Origin: Eubacteriales bacterium
GTDB lineage: Bacteria; Bacillota; Clostridia; Oscillospirales; CAG-272
Direction: 5' to 3'
Assembly (NCBI GenBank): GCA_045532555.1
Contig: JAZSGD010000192.1
Span: forward strand, 1-39,858
DNA length: 39,858 bases
Part shown: positions 17,176-25,530 of the stretch, one piece after another
Position numbering within the stretch: the first letter of the stretch is position 1
How the letters are laid out: each line of letters begins with the position of its first letter
Program-made: the position numbers and the translations under genes
Notes under the pieces: model-generated
Databases searched by the model: none
The model's input: only the letters and a program-made list of their open reading frames with translations
What the model was told of the DNA's origin: nothing

Positions 17176-19982
17176 TTTTTCTTTGTGTCTCCATTTTGGA
17201 TAGTAGTAGTGTCATCAACTGATTTATCTTTATTGAATTTCAGCAGTGCTATAAGTCCCGGGACCAGTCCCATCAACAAAATAAGATTTATTATCAAAGA
17301 GCAGTGGGTCTTGATTAATTCAAAGAGTGCTGAATCTGATTTTGAATTTATAGCAAAAGCTAAAAGAACTGAAAGAACAAATCCTGCGGACATCAGTCCA
17401 TAGTTGATAAATTTACATATTTTCCTTTGACGGACTATTCGTTTACTTATCGGAATAAGCTTGGCAAGATTGAAACCGTCTGAAGCACAAACGACGTTGC
17501 CGTTTCCTATATCCTCGCAAATATAAGGATCATAGGTTTGAGGTTTGAATACTCCGACTGCGAGTCCTTTGTCTGCATTTTGCTCAAAATATAGATCGTT
17601 TACGTGAGGTTCATAGGATTCTACGAACACCTTTACACCACATAATTCAAGCTCGTGTGCGGCTTTGATAAATTCGGGTGCAATACGGCTACCGATGATA
17701 AATCCTAGTTTCGGAACACCGTTAAATGCCATATAGAGAACCGAACGGTCCGAGCCTTTAGTCGCGCCATAAAGAGAACTGTCTGTTTTTACCTTGATGT
17801 TATGAGCTCTCATATAGTTTTTATCGCCCAACAAGATATTGGTAGACAGAGCGTAGTTGATATCAATTCCGTTATCGGAAACGCTATTGACGACTACATT
17901 TTGATTTTGCGTTTTATGTTGACGGATTTCGGTTGAGGAACGGTGTTCGGCGAGAGTTCCTTCAAGCGTGTTAAATATCTCGTAGGCGATTTCAAGAGAA
18001 CTTTGGCCGTGTGCGTTTTGAGGATAGATTTCGGAATACGAGGTTATGAATATAACGTCGCGGTCCTTGAACGTTAAATTCTGAATTCTTGAATATTCGG
18101 TTGCGGCATCGTAGCCTATGAACGCTACCTTGTCCGTGCCGAGCTTTGCAGATATAGCGTACTCGTTGAAAGAGAAGATGCATACGCAGGAGAACGGAAT
18201 ACAGAGCAGAACGGAAATGGTTGCCGAGGTTATTCCGGTCATAACGTTAGCGCTTGAGATTGCGAACGCACAGCCTATTATCAAAGCTATCAGAGGAACT
18301 ACTCCTAAAACGTAGATAAGATTAATAACGGGAGGTCTGCTTTGAGAGGTCTTTTTAAAATATCCGCTTATAAGCGATGTTTTTCTTATTTTATAAGACA
18401 CTTCCTCGCTATGTGCAGAATTAATGCCATTCAGCGCAACTTTTTCTGCAGTGAAGAGGTTGTTGGATGAGGCTATTAAATCAATGTCAGCAGCTTCTTT
18501 GATACAATTTACAAAATCTGCCGTTACGGTTAATAGGGCATAAAGTGCTACGCACGTTCCAAACAAAGCGATCTCGGATGGAAGTATTCTTTCTCGGTTG
18601 ACGGCATATGTTAATAGTGCTGATATATCGTATAGCACGTATACTGCAAAAACGAACAACAATACCGAGTAGTTATCGGAAACAAGCTTGATCATATTAA
18701 CAACGCTAGAGTACAGTTTTTTATAGAGTATTGCCGCGATAGACGCTACGAGAACAAACTCAATAGCAATCAATATCGGAAAACCGTCTATTCGGGAGGA
18801 ATACGCATCAAAATATACTGCGACGGACAATATCAGCAAGAATAAGATGGATACCGAAGCGAGAGTTATCAATAAGGAACGCTTATTTGATTTGTATTTC
18901 TGTTGAATTTGCGGAATCTGATCTCTGTTGACCAATTCTTCTCCGCAAAATCCGTAAGGCTTTTGATTATCTTCGGGAATGAAATTTCGATTGCTTTCTA
19001 AGATTACGTTTTGAGTTTTTTGACCTCCTACTTTTGATTTGATCTCATCGTCATATCCAAGCTTCAACAAAAGGGAAATATCGTTGCTGTCAAAGTCTTC
19101 GACTGCATCGGGTTCGTTTGCTTCGGTGAGATCTGGGGTTGAAGCGGGGAGTTCAGTCTTGGGAGGTACAGGTTTGAATTTGGGCAAACCTTCTTGCAGT
19201 GGGTCATGCGTGTATTGCGAGGGGTCTAAAATCAATACGGGAGTTTTTTCATAGACTTCCTCATAGATTTCCTCGAAGGGCTCTTTCGAGAGTTGCTCGG
19301 AGAGATCTTCAAGAAGTTCGTCGGTTTCATCCTTGACCGTGGATTTAGTGATGTCCTCGGAGCAGAACGAGGTTTCAACCTCTTCCGGAAGGGAATCGGC
19401 AAGAACATCATATTCTTCATCCTCTACTGCGAACTCTGGATCAAAGTTGGTTGATTCCAGACTGTCGATATCGTCGGGTTCTAGTGATCCATAATCAAGT
19501 CCTTCGGATTCGTAAAATTCTTCCTTTTCATTTTTTTCATCTGTATCGAAATGCTCGGATTCAAGTATTTCGTTTTCGATTGTATTGTCGTCAGAAGTTT
19601 CGGGCTCAAGAATTTCGTTTTCGATTGTATTGTCGTCAGAAGTTTCGAGCTCAAGAATTTCGTTTTCGATTGTATTGTCGTCAGAAGTTTCGAGCTCAAG
19701 AATTTCGTTTTCAATTGTATTTTCGTCAGAAGTTTCAGGTTCAGAAGTTTCGTTTTCGATTACACCGTTATCTTCGGAATAATCTTCGCTTTTTGATTCA
19801 ATAGCTTCTTGTTCCTCGGAGAAGAGCTTTGACAATACGGCGCTTAACTCGGCATCTTCTTCTGCCTCGGGGGATTCATAGGAAAGGTCTTCGACCACGT
19901 CGGAGGACTCGGCGCCGTATGACTTTTTTAATTGTTCAAGGATAATATCAAGCTCTTTGTCTTTTTTATTTTTCTTTGACAT
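17172..19982 (-). CDS. large membrane protein: acidic repeat-containing N-terminus plus a degenerate P-type (P1B-like) ATPase core
   Basis: About 380 aa are D/E-rich with 15-aa tandem repeats. Multiple TM helices follow. Segments align by eye to P-type ATPase landmarks but with catalytic residues replaced: CIPFSCVC for CPC, NLTFKDRDVIF for FDKTGTLT, CASDGFN for GDGIND. The stop overlaps the radical SAM start (ATGA). Confidence 0.75.
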   Translation of the reverse strand: MSKKNKKDKELDIILEQLKKSYGAESSDVVEDLSYESPEAEEDAELSAVLSKLFSEEQEAIESKSEDYSEDNGVIENETSEPETSDENTIENEILELETSDDNTIENEILELETSDDNTIENEILEPETSDDNTIENEILESEHFDTDEKNEKEEFYESEGLDYGSLEPDDIDSLESTNFDPEFAVEDEEYDVLADSLPEEVETSFCSEDITKSTVKDETDELLEDLSEQLSKEPFEEIYEEVYEKTPVLILDPSQYTHDPLQEGLPKFKPVPPKTELPASTPDLTEANEPDAVEDFDSNDISLLLKLGYDDEIKSKVGGQKTQNVILESNRNFIPEDNQKPYGFCGEELVNRDQIPQIQQKYKSNKRSLLITLASVSILFLLILSVAVYFDAYSSRIDGFPILIAIEFVLVASIAAILYKKLYSSVVNMIKLVSDNYSVLLFVFAVYVLYDISALLTYAVNRERILPSEIALFGTCVALYALLTVTADFVNCIKEAADIDLIASSNNLFTAEKVALNGINSAHSEEVSYKIRKTSLISGYFKKTSQSRPPVINLIYVLGVVPLIALIIGCAFAISSANVMTGITSATISVLLCIPFSCVCIFSFNEYAISAKLGTDKVAFIGYDAATEYSRIQNLTFKDRDVIFITSYSEIYPQNAHGQSSLEIAYEIFNTLEGTLAEHRSSTEIRQHKTQNQNVVVNSVSDNGIDINYALSTNILLGDKNYMRAHNIKVKTDSSLYGATKGSDRSVLYMAFNGVPKLGFIIGSRIAPEFIKAAHELELCGVKVFVESYEPHVNDLYFEQNADKGLAVGVFKPQTYDPYICEDIGNGNVVCASDGFNLAKLIPISKRIVRQRKICKFINYGLMSAGFVLSVLLAFAINSKSDSALFELIKTHCSLIINLILLMGLVPGLIALLKFNKDKSVDDTTTIQNGDTKKK
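19561..19740 (-). repeat. 4 tandem copies of a 45-bp in-frame repeat (15-aa unit ETSDDNTIENEILEL)
   Basis: Units lie at 19561-19605, 19606-19650, 19651-19695 and 19696-19740. Copies 2 and 3 are identical, and copies 1 and 4 differ at a few bases. A partial degenerate copy follows. Confidence 0.9.
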
Positions 19983-20007
19983 TCGAGGTTCCTCCTTTTG
20001 TTAGATA

Positions 20008-20901
20008 CTAATTATTTCTGTGCTGTTTAGCGACCTCACAAAGAATAACGGATGCGGCAGTGGAAACATTGAACGAGTTGACCTTGCCGTACATCGGTAT
20101 AGATATAAGCACGTCGCAATTGTCGGTTACAATTTTTGACACGCCGTTACCCTCGCTACCGAAAACAAGAGCGCACGGACCTTTAAAATTAGTTTCGTAA
20201 TATGGAGTTCCGCCTGCTTCTGCGGCAAATACCCATACGCCTTTTTCTTTTAAAGAAAGAATGGTGTTGTTAATGTTCGAGACCTTGGCTATCGCCATGT
20301 GCTCGATAGCTCCTGCGGAAGATCTGGATACTAACGGGGTGAGTCCAGTGGAGCGTCTTTTGGGAATAATTATACCGTGCGCTCCTGTGCCTTCGGCGCA
20401 TCTGATCAGGGCGCCAAGATTGTACGGGTCGGTGAGTCCGTCTGCGATAACTATGATAGGATCTTCTCCTCGGCTCTTTGCAATTTCAAGAATATCATCG
20501 ACCGAGCAGTACTCCTTTTCAGATGCCATAGCGATTACGCCTTGGTGAGTCGCAAAACCCGACATTGCATCAAGCTTGGCTTTATCGGTTTCTACGACAG
20601 GTATGCCTTTTTCTACCGCCATAGCAACAAGGACAACGATAGAACCTTCACGCTCTCCGCGTTGTACGAGAATCTTGTCTATCTCTCTGTCTGATTTGAG
20701 AAGCTCTCTTACGGCATTTCTGCCGATCACAAGACCAAGACCTTCTTCCTCAGTGCTATTTTCAAGGCTTGAATATTTGCCGTAATGAGTGTTACGGTGT
20801 GGGTTATCAGAATGCAATTTTTTGTTGTTATTTTTAGGAGCGTATTTGTCTGAGTTGTTTTTCTTGTAGTTTTTGTTGTTCCTGTTGTCCATTGAATCCA
20901 C
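20008..20901 (-). CDS. rlmB: 23S rRNA (guanosine-2'-O-)-methyltransferase RlmB (SpoU/TrmH family) with a basic N-terminal tail
   Basis: SpoU substrate-binding N-domain (GRNAVRELLKS) and methylase motifs DGLTDPYNLGALIRCAEGTGAHGIIIP and LVFGSEGNGVS are present. Confidence 0.85.
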   Translation of the reverse strand: MDSMDNRNNKNYKKNNSDKYAPKNNNKKLHSDNPHRNTHYGKYSSLENSTEEEGLGLVIGRNAVRELLKSDREIDKILVQRGEREGSIVVLVAMAVEKGIPVVETDKAKLDAMSGFATHQGVIAMASEKEYCSVDDILEIAKSRGEDPIIVIADGLTDPYNLGALIRCAEGTGAHGIIIPKRRSTGLTPLVSRSSAGAIEHMAIAKVSNINNTILSLKEKGVWVFAAEAGGTPYYETNFKGPCALVFGSEGNGVSKIVTDNCDVLISIPMYGKVNSFNVSTAASVILCEVAKQHRNN

Positions 20902-21061
20902 CTACATGATAAATTTGATATTGAGTGCGATATATGGCTTGTGTTTGATATTTATCATACTATAAAAACAAGCTTGCTTGTTTGTGTTGCATGACATAGT
21001 ATCAATAAAAACTTTTTATAATGTATTTGATTCCTTAAGGAATAACACATCACTTATCTTT

Positions 21062-21070
21062 ATTATACCA
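21062..21070 (-). promoter_or_regulatory. extended -10 promoter candidate for the rlmB operon
   Basis: Minus strand reads TGGTATAAT. It sits between the upstream terminator (21134-21161) and the rlmB start at 20901. Confidence 0.35.
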
Positions 21071-21133
21071 TATTTAAGCCTTTTTGTATATAGTTTTTTT
21101 ATTTATTTTTCATTTTAAATTAAATAAACAAAA

Positions 21134-21161
21134 AACATATCCGATAAAATTCGGATATGTT
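21134..21161 (-). terminator. intrinsic terminator after the small membrane protein gene
   Basis: 11-bp stem AACATATCCGA/TCGGATATGTT with a 6-nt loop, followed by TTTTTGTTT on the minus strand. Confidence 0.75.
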
Positions 21162-21186
21162 TAATTCGGTGTAATTATACCAATTT

Positions 21187-21471
21187 TCAAGCGTGATATG
21201 TATCGTCGTAATCTTCGTGCTCCTCATGTTCTTCAGCGTGTTTGGCTTTTCGGTTTTGCTCTGCAACTATAAACAGGATGAACAGCATACCTATTACAAT
21301 TGCGTTGAAGGGGGACTTGCCAAAAAGGGCAAAAACACCTCCGCTTATAGTAGTAATAGATATTCCAACTATTGCCCAAATGGTTGTTTTTTTCAAAATG
21401 CCGAAAATCAAGGGGACAAGACCGCAAAGAAGGCCAATAAAAAGTCCGATCAACGTGGTTTCGGTAAACAT
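21187..21471 (-). CDS. small membrane protein (3 predicted TM helices) with an acidic His-rich tail
   Basis: Three hydrophobic segments precede the C-terminal KAKHAEEHEEHEDYDDTYHA. A strong terminator lies downstream. A GGAGG-containing RBS lies upstream. Confidence 0.55.
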   Translation of the reverse strand: MFTETTLIGLFIGLLCGLVPLIFGILKKTTIWAIVGISITTISGGVFALFGKSPFNAIVIGMLFILFIVAEQNRKAKHAEEHEEHEDYDDTYHA

Positions 21472-21607
21472 TTTTTTGCGCCTCCTTCATAACTATTACA
21501 CTATATTATATTTTAACTCATAAAGAATAAAAAGTCAATATTATTTATCAAAAAACATAATAAGTTGTTTAAAAAAACACATAATAAAAATGGGAAGGGG
21601 GCTTTTT

Positions 21608-22384
21608 ATGAAAAAAATAAAAGTGTTACAATTAATACCGATTATTGCGATTATTATGTTGCCCTTACAAGTTAGGGCCGCGGGTTCGGGATGTAGCTGG
21701 TACTGTGCACATCGGTTGGATCACAAGCAGCCAATTGCTGACTCATCGATCGCCTATGTCGAAGATTATAATGGCTTCTATATAGATAAAAGTCACGGAG
21801 ATAATGACTCTGACAAGGTGATATATCTTACGTTTGACGCAGGATATGAGAATGGAAATATAAGTAAAATTCTTGATATTATGAAAGAAGAAAACGTTAA
21901 AGGCGCATTTTTTATCTTAGGAAATCTGATTGAAAAAAACAGTGAGCTGGTAGTGCGTATGTTTGACGAAGGACATTTGGTCTGCAACCATACGTATTCT
22001 CACAAAACAATGGTCAATAAGAGCAGGGCCGAAATAGAGGCAGAACTGACTAAGCTGGAGAAGGTATGCCTGGAGAAAACAGGGAAGCTCTTATCTAAAT
22101 ATTATCGTCCTCCCGAAGGAAGATTTGATGAATCAAGTATAAAATATGTCAGCGAGCTTGGCTACAAAACCGTTTTTTGGAGCTTTGCCTACGCAGACTG
22201 GGACAATAATGCTCAGATGTCAGTCGATTCAGCCCAAAAAAAGATAATGGAAAATATTCACAATGGAGAAGTTATGCTATTGCACCCAACCTCGTCCACT
22301 AACGCAAAAATCCTTTCAGACGTTATAAAAGAGCTTAAAGAGCAAGGATATAGGTTCGGAACTCTTGATGAGTTATGTTATTGA
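21608..22384 (+). CDS. polysaccharide deacetylase, PdaA-like (delta-lactam-biosynthetic de-N-acetylase family)
   Basis: NodB-domain motifs LTFDAGYENGN and CNHTYSHK are present, with an N-terminal signal/anchor. FD[AN]GYENG is the PdaA-type variant of TFDDG. GGAAGGGGG RBS precedes ATG 21608. Confidence 0.8.
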   Translation: MKKIKVLQLIPIIAIIMLPLQVRAAGSGCSWYCAHRLDHKQPIADSSIAYVEDYNGFYIDKSHGDNDSDKVIYLTFDAGYENGNISKILDIMKEENVKGAFFILGNLIEKNSELVVRMFDEGHLVCNHTYSHKTMVNKSRAEIEAELTKLEKVCLEKTGKLLSKYYRPPEGRFDESSIKYVSELGYKTVFWSFAYADWDNNAQMSVDSAQKKIMENIHNGEVMLLHPTSSTNAKILSDVIKELKEQGYRFGTLDELCY

Positions 22385-22423
22385 TGTGCCCTTAATTATA
22401 TTATATGGAATGACTATAATAAA

Positions 22424-22461
22424 AGATCCGCATGTCCTTATTTTGCAAGGACTGCGGATCT
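22424..22461. terminator. hairpin between the convergent pdaA-like and YesL-like genes
   Basis: 15-bp stem with one bulge and a 7-nt loop. The flanking T-runs are weak. Confidence 0.5.
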
Positions 22462-22467
22462 GATGAT

Positions 22468-23430
22468 TTATTCGTTTTCTTCAATATCGGTCGCAGGAGT
22501 GACCGTCACAGGGTCGATCATATGTTTCTTTATGATGGGGTATGCGGCATAAGTATAGATAAACGCGCCTACGCCAAGATAGTATATCAACGGCAATACC
22601 AATGCAACTCCAAGTCCGAGAGGCATAAGCAAAAGGATCGGTACTACCGCAAGTGCGGTTAAGATAGCAAGCCCTAACAACGCCATAATATTACGTTTGA
22701 TTCCAAGGACGATAAATATAAGAGCATTTTTGAACGCCTTGCTGAGCTTAATGTTGAACGTTACTATCATCAAATACGTATAGAATCTGAATATGATGTA
22801 CAGAATGATCAGCGCAATAGTCATCGCATATATAAAGTTTGAAAAGCCCGTTTGCTCTGAATTGAAAAAGAAGACAAGGTCGTATCCCAAGACGAACATA
22901 ATAAGGCAATCGATAAGGCCAAGAACAAATCCTTGCTTGAAATTCTTCTTGATGGCATAAAAATAATCGGAGAATACGAACACGCTGTCTCCGCGTACGA
23001 GCCCACGGATTACGTATATAGAGCCGACCTTTTGCCAGCCGTAAGTTAATACAAGAAGCAGCATCAGCGCGCCGATTACCCAATAAACGTACGTGTTATA
23101 CGTAGGAAGCCCAAGCTGGAACGAGAAAATGCCCATATTTACTGATCCAGCGGCCGTTGAAGCTGCTTCCTGAACACCGAATAACGCGGCATATTCGGGG
23201 TAATATTGTGTCGGCGTGGTGGGAGAGGCGAATACGTAAAGATATACAGATATCAATATGGGGATAACCTGAAATATCATCAAGATATTCAGGGAAATGA
23301 TTTTAGAAAATTTTCTCGCAAGCTGTTTGAAAAAGAATTTAAGATTTGGCGTTGTATCCTCGCCAGGATTTACTCCTTTTCCGTCTCGGTTCATATCGAA
23401 CAGCTTGAATTTCTTTTTAGCAGTACTCAA
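22468..23430 (-). CDS. polytopic membrane protein, YesL/DUF624-like
   Basis: About 8 TM helices. The FYAIKKNFKQGFVLGL segment resembles the conserved DUF624 motif. Confidence 0.5.
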   Translation of the reverse strand: MSTAKKKFKLFDMNRDGKGVNPGEDTTPNLKFFFKQLARKFSKIISLNILMIFQVIPILISVYLYVFASPTTPTQYYPEYAALFGVQEAASTAAGSVNMGIFSFQLGLPTYNTYVYWVIGALMLLLVLTYGWQKVGSIYVIRGLVRGDSVFVFSDYFYAIKKNFKQGFVLGLIDCLIMFVLGYDLVFFFNSEQTGFSNFIYAMTIALIILYIIFRFYTYLMIVTFNIKLSKAFKNALIFIVLGIKRNIMALLGLAILTALAVVPILLLMPLGLGVALVLPLIYYLGVGAFIYTYAAYPIIKKHMIDPVTVTPATDIEENE

Positions 23431-23464
23431 TTTTAATTTCCTTTTCTTTTGACTTTTATATTGG

Positions 23465-24094
23465 TTATATTATGTTAGCGATAGAAAGTGCGCTTACATA
23501 CAGTATGCGTACAAGAATGAACGATACCATTATTTTCAAGCATACTATCAAGTATCGTTTAAATATAGGGGAAACGAAGACCTTTGAAAATTCGTTGCTT
23601 CTTTTTGTTGAAATGAATTGCTTATTCACATTCAGAATAAATGATGCGCTGACTGAATAAATAAGACCAAACGCGATCACGGAGAAAATGTAGAGCCAAA
23701 CGAATCTGCCTTGTTTTTGAATGATATCAGATGTGAGCGCGCCCAGACAAATTCCGTATGTCGTTCCGCATACAACGCAAGAAAAATGCAGAAAAGCCGA
23801 GCAAAAGAACGTGAGCGCGGAGCCTACTGCTGTCAGCAATACGAAAAATTCGAACGATGAGGAGAAGCATACGTTTTTTATAAATTCAATAACGTTGTTG
23901 AAATTAAAGGATGAAAAATAGCCGTGTATAATGTTGTTAAGAGAATAATCTGCGTTATTTTCAATACAAATTCCCAACAAGCAAGCGGCTGTATACAAAA
24001 TAACAAAACGGCATGAAATTGAGATGTCAGCAAAACGCTCAGATGCCCAATTCTTCAATGTGTCATGGTGATTTTTATATTTAAACTTTTCCAT
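23465..24094 (-). CDS. membrane protein (5 TM helices), possibly SpoIIM/DUF95-like
   Basis: The 209-aa size and five hydrophobic helices resemble SpoIIM. I see no diagnostic motif, so the product call is weak. Confidence 0.4.
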   Translation of the reverse strand: MEKFKYKNHHDTLKNWASERFADISISCRFVILYTAACLLGICIENNADYSLNNIIHGYFSSFNFNNVIEFIKNVCFSSSFEFFVLLTAVGSALTFFCSAFLHFSCVVCGTTYGICLGALTSDIIQKQGRFVWLYIFSVIAFGLIYSVSASFILNVNKQFISTKRSNEFSKVFVSPIFKRYLIVCLKIMVSFILVRILYVSALSIANII

Positions 24095-24236
24095 AGGATC
24101 CCTCGCAACTTTTTAATAAAAATTATGGTGAACCAAATGGAAATATTACCTAAAACAATAAATTTAACCGATTTTACACATTATAGCACTCAAATTTTAA
24201 ACATATATTCATCAAAAACGACTTTTTTGTAAAGAT

Positions 24237-24995
24237 TTATCGTTTATTGTGTTTTTGTCTTAAAATTTCAAAGGATATTACCGAAATTGCAGATGCAGAG
24301 GGAAGAGAACCGAGGAATTCACGACCGTACTCTATCCGTACATTCGTGTCGGCAAGTTCAAGAATTTTTCTTGAAATGCCCCTTTTTTCGCCACCTACAA
24401 CTAACAACACGGAGTTGGAAAATGCGTGTTCATAGAGAGATACCGAATCACGTATTTCGGCACAAACTATTTCGAAGCCTGCGTTTTTAAAGGTAGTTAC
24501 AGCATTTACAGGATCTGAAACGTATATGTTAGCAAGCTCAGACGTTCCTGCGGAGGAGCGAGCAACAGTGCCTGAAATTTCCATCCAGTTTCTCGGTGGA
24601 AGTATGATTCCGTCAACACCTGATGCGTACAATGAGCGAACTGAATATCCAAAGTTATAAGGATCCTCTATACCTTCGATTAAAGCATAAAAACCGCCAT
24701 TTGTTAAATTTTTAACATTCAAATTAGGGAACGTTCTGTGGGTACATATTGCTATGATGCCACCATGGGTAGTACCGGAGGTCAAGTCGTCGATTTCGCC
24801 AGCAGCAACGGGAAACATTTCAAATCCAAGGGAATCGGCAGTATGCCTTAAAAACTGAAGTTCGCGAAATTTCTTTGAAAGACGGTCTTCATTATAGAGA
24901 ATCTTAATGATACGTCGGTCACTTGATCCGTTTTGAATAGATCTGATAACCGCAGATATTGAAGTCATACCTTCAAAAATATCAAATTCTGGCAT
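24237..24995 (-). CDS. TrmH/SpoU-family RNA 2'-O-methyltransferase
   Basis: Motifs LIEGIEDPYNFGYSVRSLYASGVDGIILP and LVVGGEKRGIS are present. AGGAG RBS precedes ATG 24995. Confidence 0.8.
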   Translation of the reverse strand: MPEFDIFEGMTSISAVIRSIQNGSSDRRIIKILYNEDRLSKKFRELQFLRHTADSLGFEMFPVAAGEIDDLTSGTTHGGIIAICTHRTFPNLNVKNLTNGGFYALIEGIEDPYNFGYSVRSLYASGVDGIILPPRNWMEISGTVARSSAGTSELANIYVSDPVNAVTTFKNAGFEIVCAEIRDSVSLYEHAFSNSVLLVVGGEKRGISRKILELADTNVRIEYGREFLGSLPSASAISVISFEILRQKHNKR

Positions 24996-25013
24996 AGATA
25001 AAACTCCTGAAAA

Positions 25014-25042
25014 GTATAAAAATGGCGTTTTGAACATACATT
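25014..25042 (+). promoter_or_regulatory. sigma-E-type promoter candidate for spoIIID
   Basis: GTATAAA, a 14-nt spacer, then CATACATT. The -10 matches the CATACAnT consensus exactly. The element lies 37 nt upstream of the ATG. Confidence 0.55.
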
Positions 25043-25078
25043 ATTGTAAGACATAAACATGTATGAGAGGTAGCTGTA

Positions 25079-25360
25079 ATGATGTATTTATCATCCGCCA
25101 AGGAACGCTGTGTAGTATTAGGATTGTATATCGTTGAGAATAATGCAACGGTACGCGCCACGGCAACAAGATTTGGAATAAGTAAAAGCACCGTACATAA
25201 AGACGTTACTCAAACTTTAAAAAACACTAACAGATCACTTTATTTGGATGTGAAGAGTGTGCTTGAAAAAAACAAAGTGGAAAGACATTTGCGCGGCGGC
25301 GAAGCAACAAAGCAAAAATACAAAAAGAATAACTATACATTGCAATCTGCTATAAAGTAG
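25079..25360 (+). CDS. spoIIID: sporulation transcriptional regulator SpoIIID
   Basis: LGLYIVENNATVRATATRFGISKSTVHKDVT and HLRGGEATKQKYKK match the B. subtilis SpoIIID HTH and basic region as I recall them. 93 aa. Confidence 0.93.
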   Translation: MMYLSSAKERCVVLGLYIVENNATVRATATRFGISKSTVHKDVTQTLKNTNRSLYLDVKSVLEKNKVERHLRGGEATKQKYKKNNYTLQSAIK

Positions 25361-25530
25361 CACAATGTGCATAAGGTTATATGGGAGATGGCGCGCCAAA
25401 ACGGCTAAAAGGGTAATGTTCTTTACCTATATCAATAATTATACAAAATCAAAATTTTGTATAATTCGGGGTACTGAATTTGCATGAAAAATGCGTGAAA
25501 CTGATTTTCACCCATAAATCAAGCCATTTA

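Noticed and set aside
19451-19804. Three overlapping repetitive ORFs on both strands (117, 81 and 77 aa).
   Set aside because: They are alternative-frame readings of the 45-bp tandem repeat inside the 936-aa gene and have no independent start signals.
21556-21586. Two CATAATA motifs upstream of the pdaA-like gene, considered as forespore sigma-G/F -10 elements.
   Set aside because: Spacing to any GnATA-like -35 element is about 20 nt rather than 17-18. In this very AT-rich spacer the motif is expected by chance.
22432-22662. A 76-aa plus-strand ORF that starts inside the pdaA/YesL intergenic hairpin.
   Set aside because: It overlaps the terminator stem and then runs antisense to the YesL-like gene. 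It has no RBS.
25437-25466. A 13-bp perfect inverted repeat AATTATACAAAAT/ATTTTGTATAATT between spoIIID and the SDR gene.
   Set aside because: The stem is almost entirely A-T and has no flanking T-run on either strand. It is not convincing as a terminator. It might be a protein-binding palindrome, but there is no supporting evidence.
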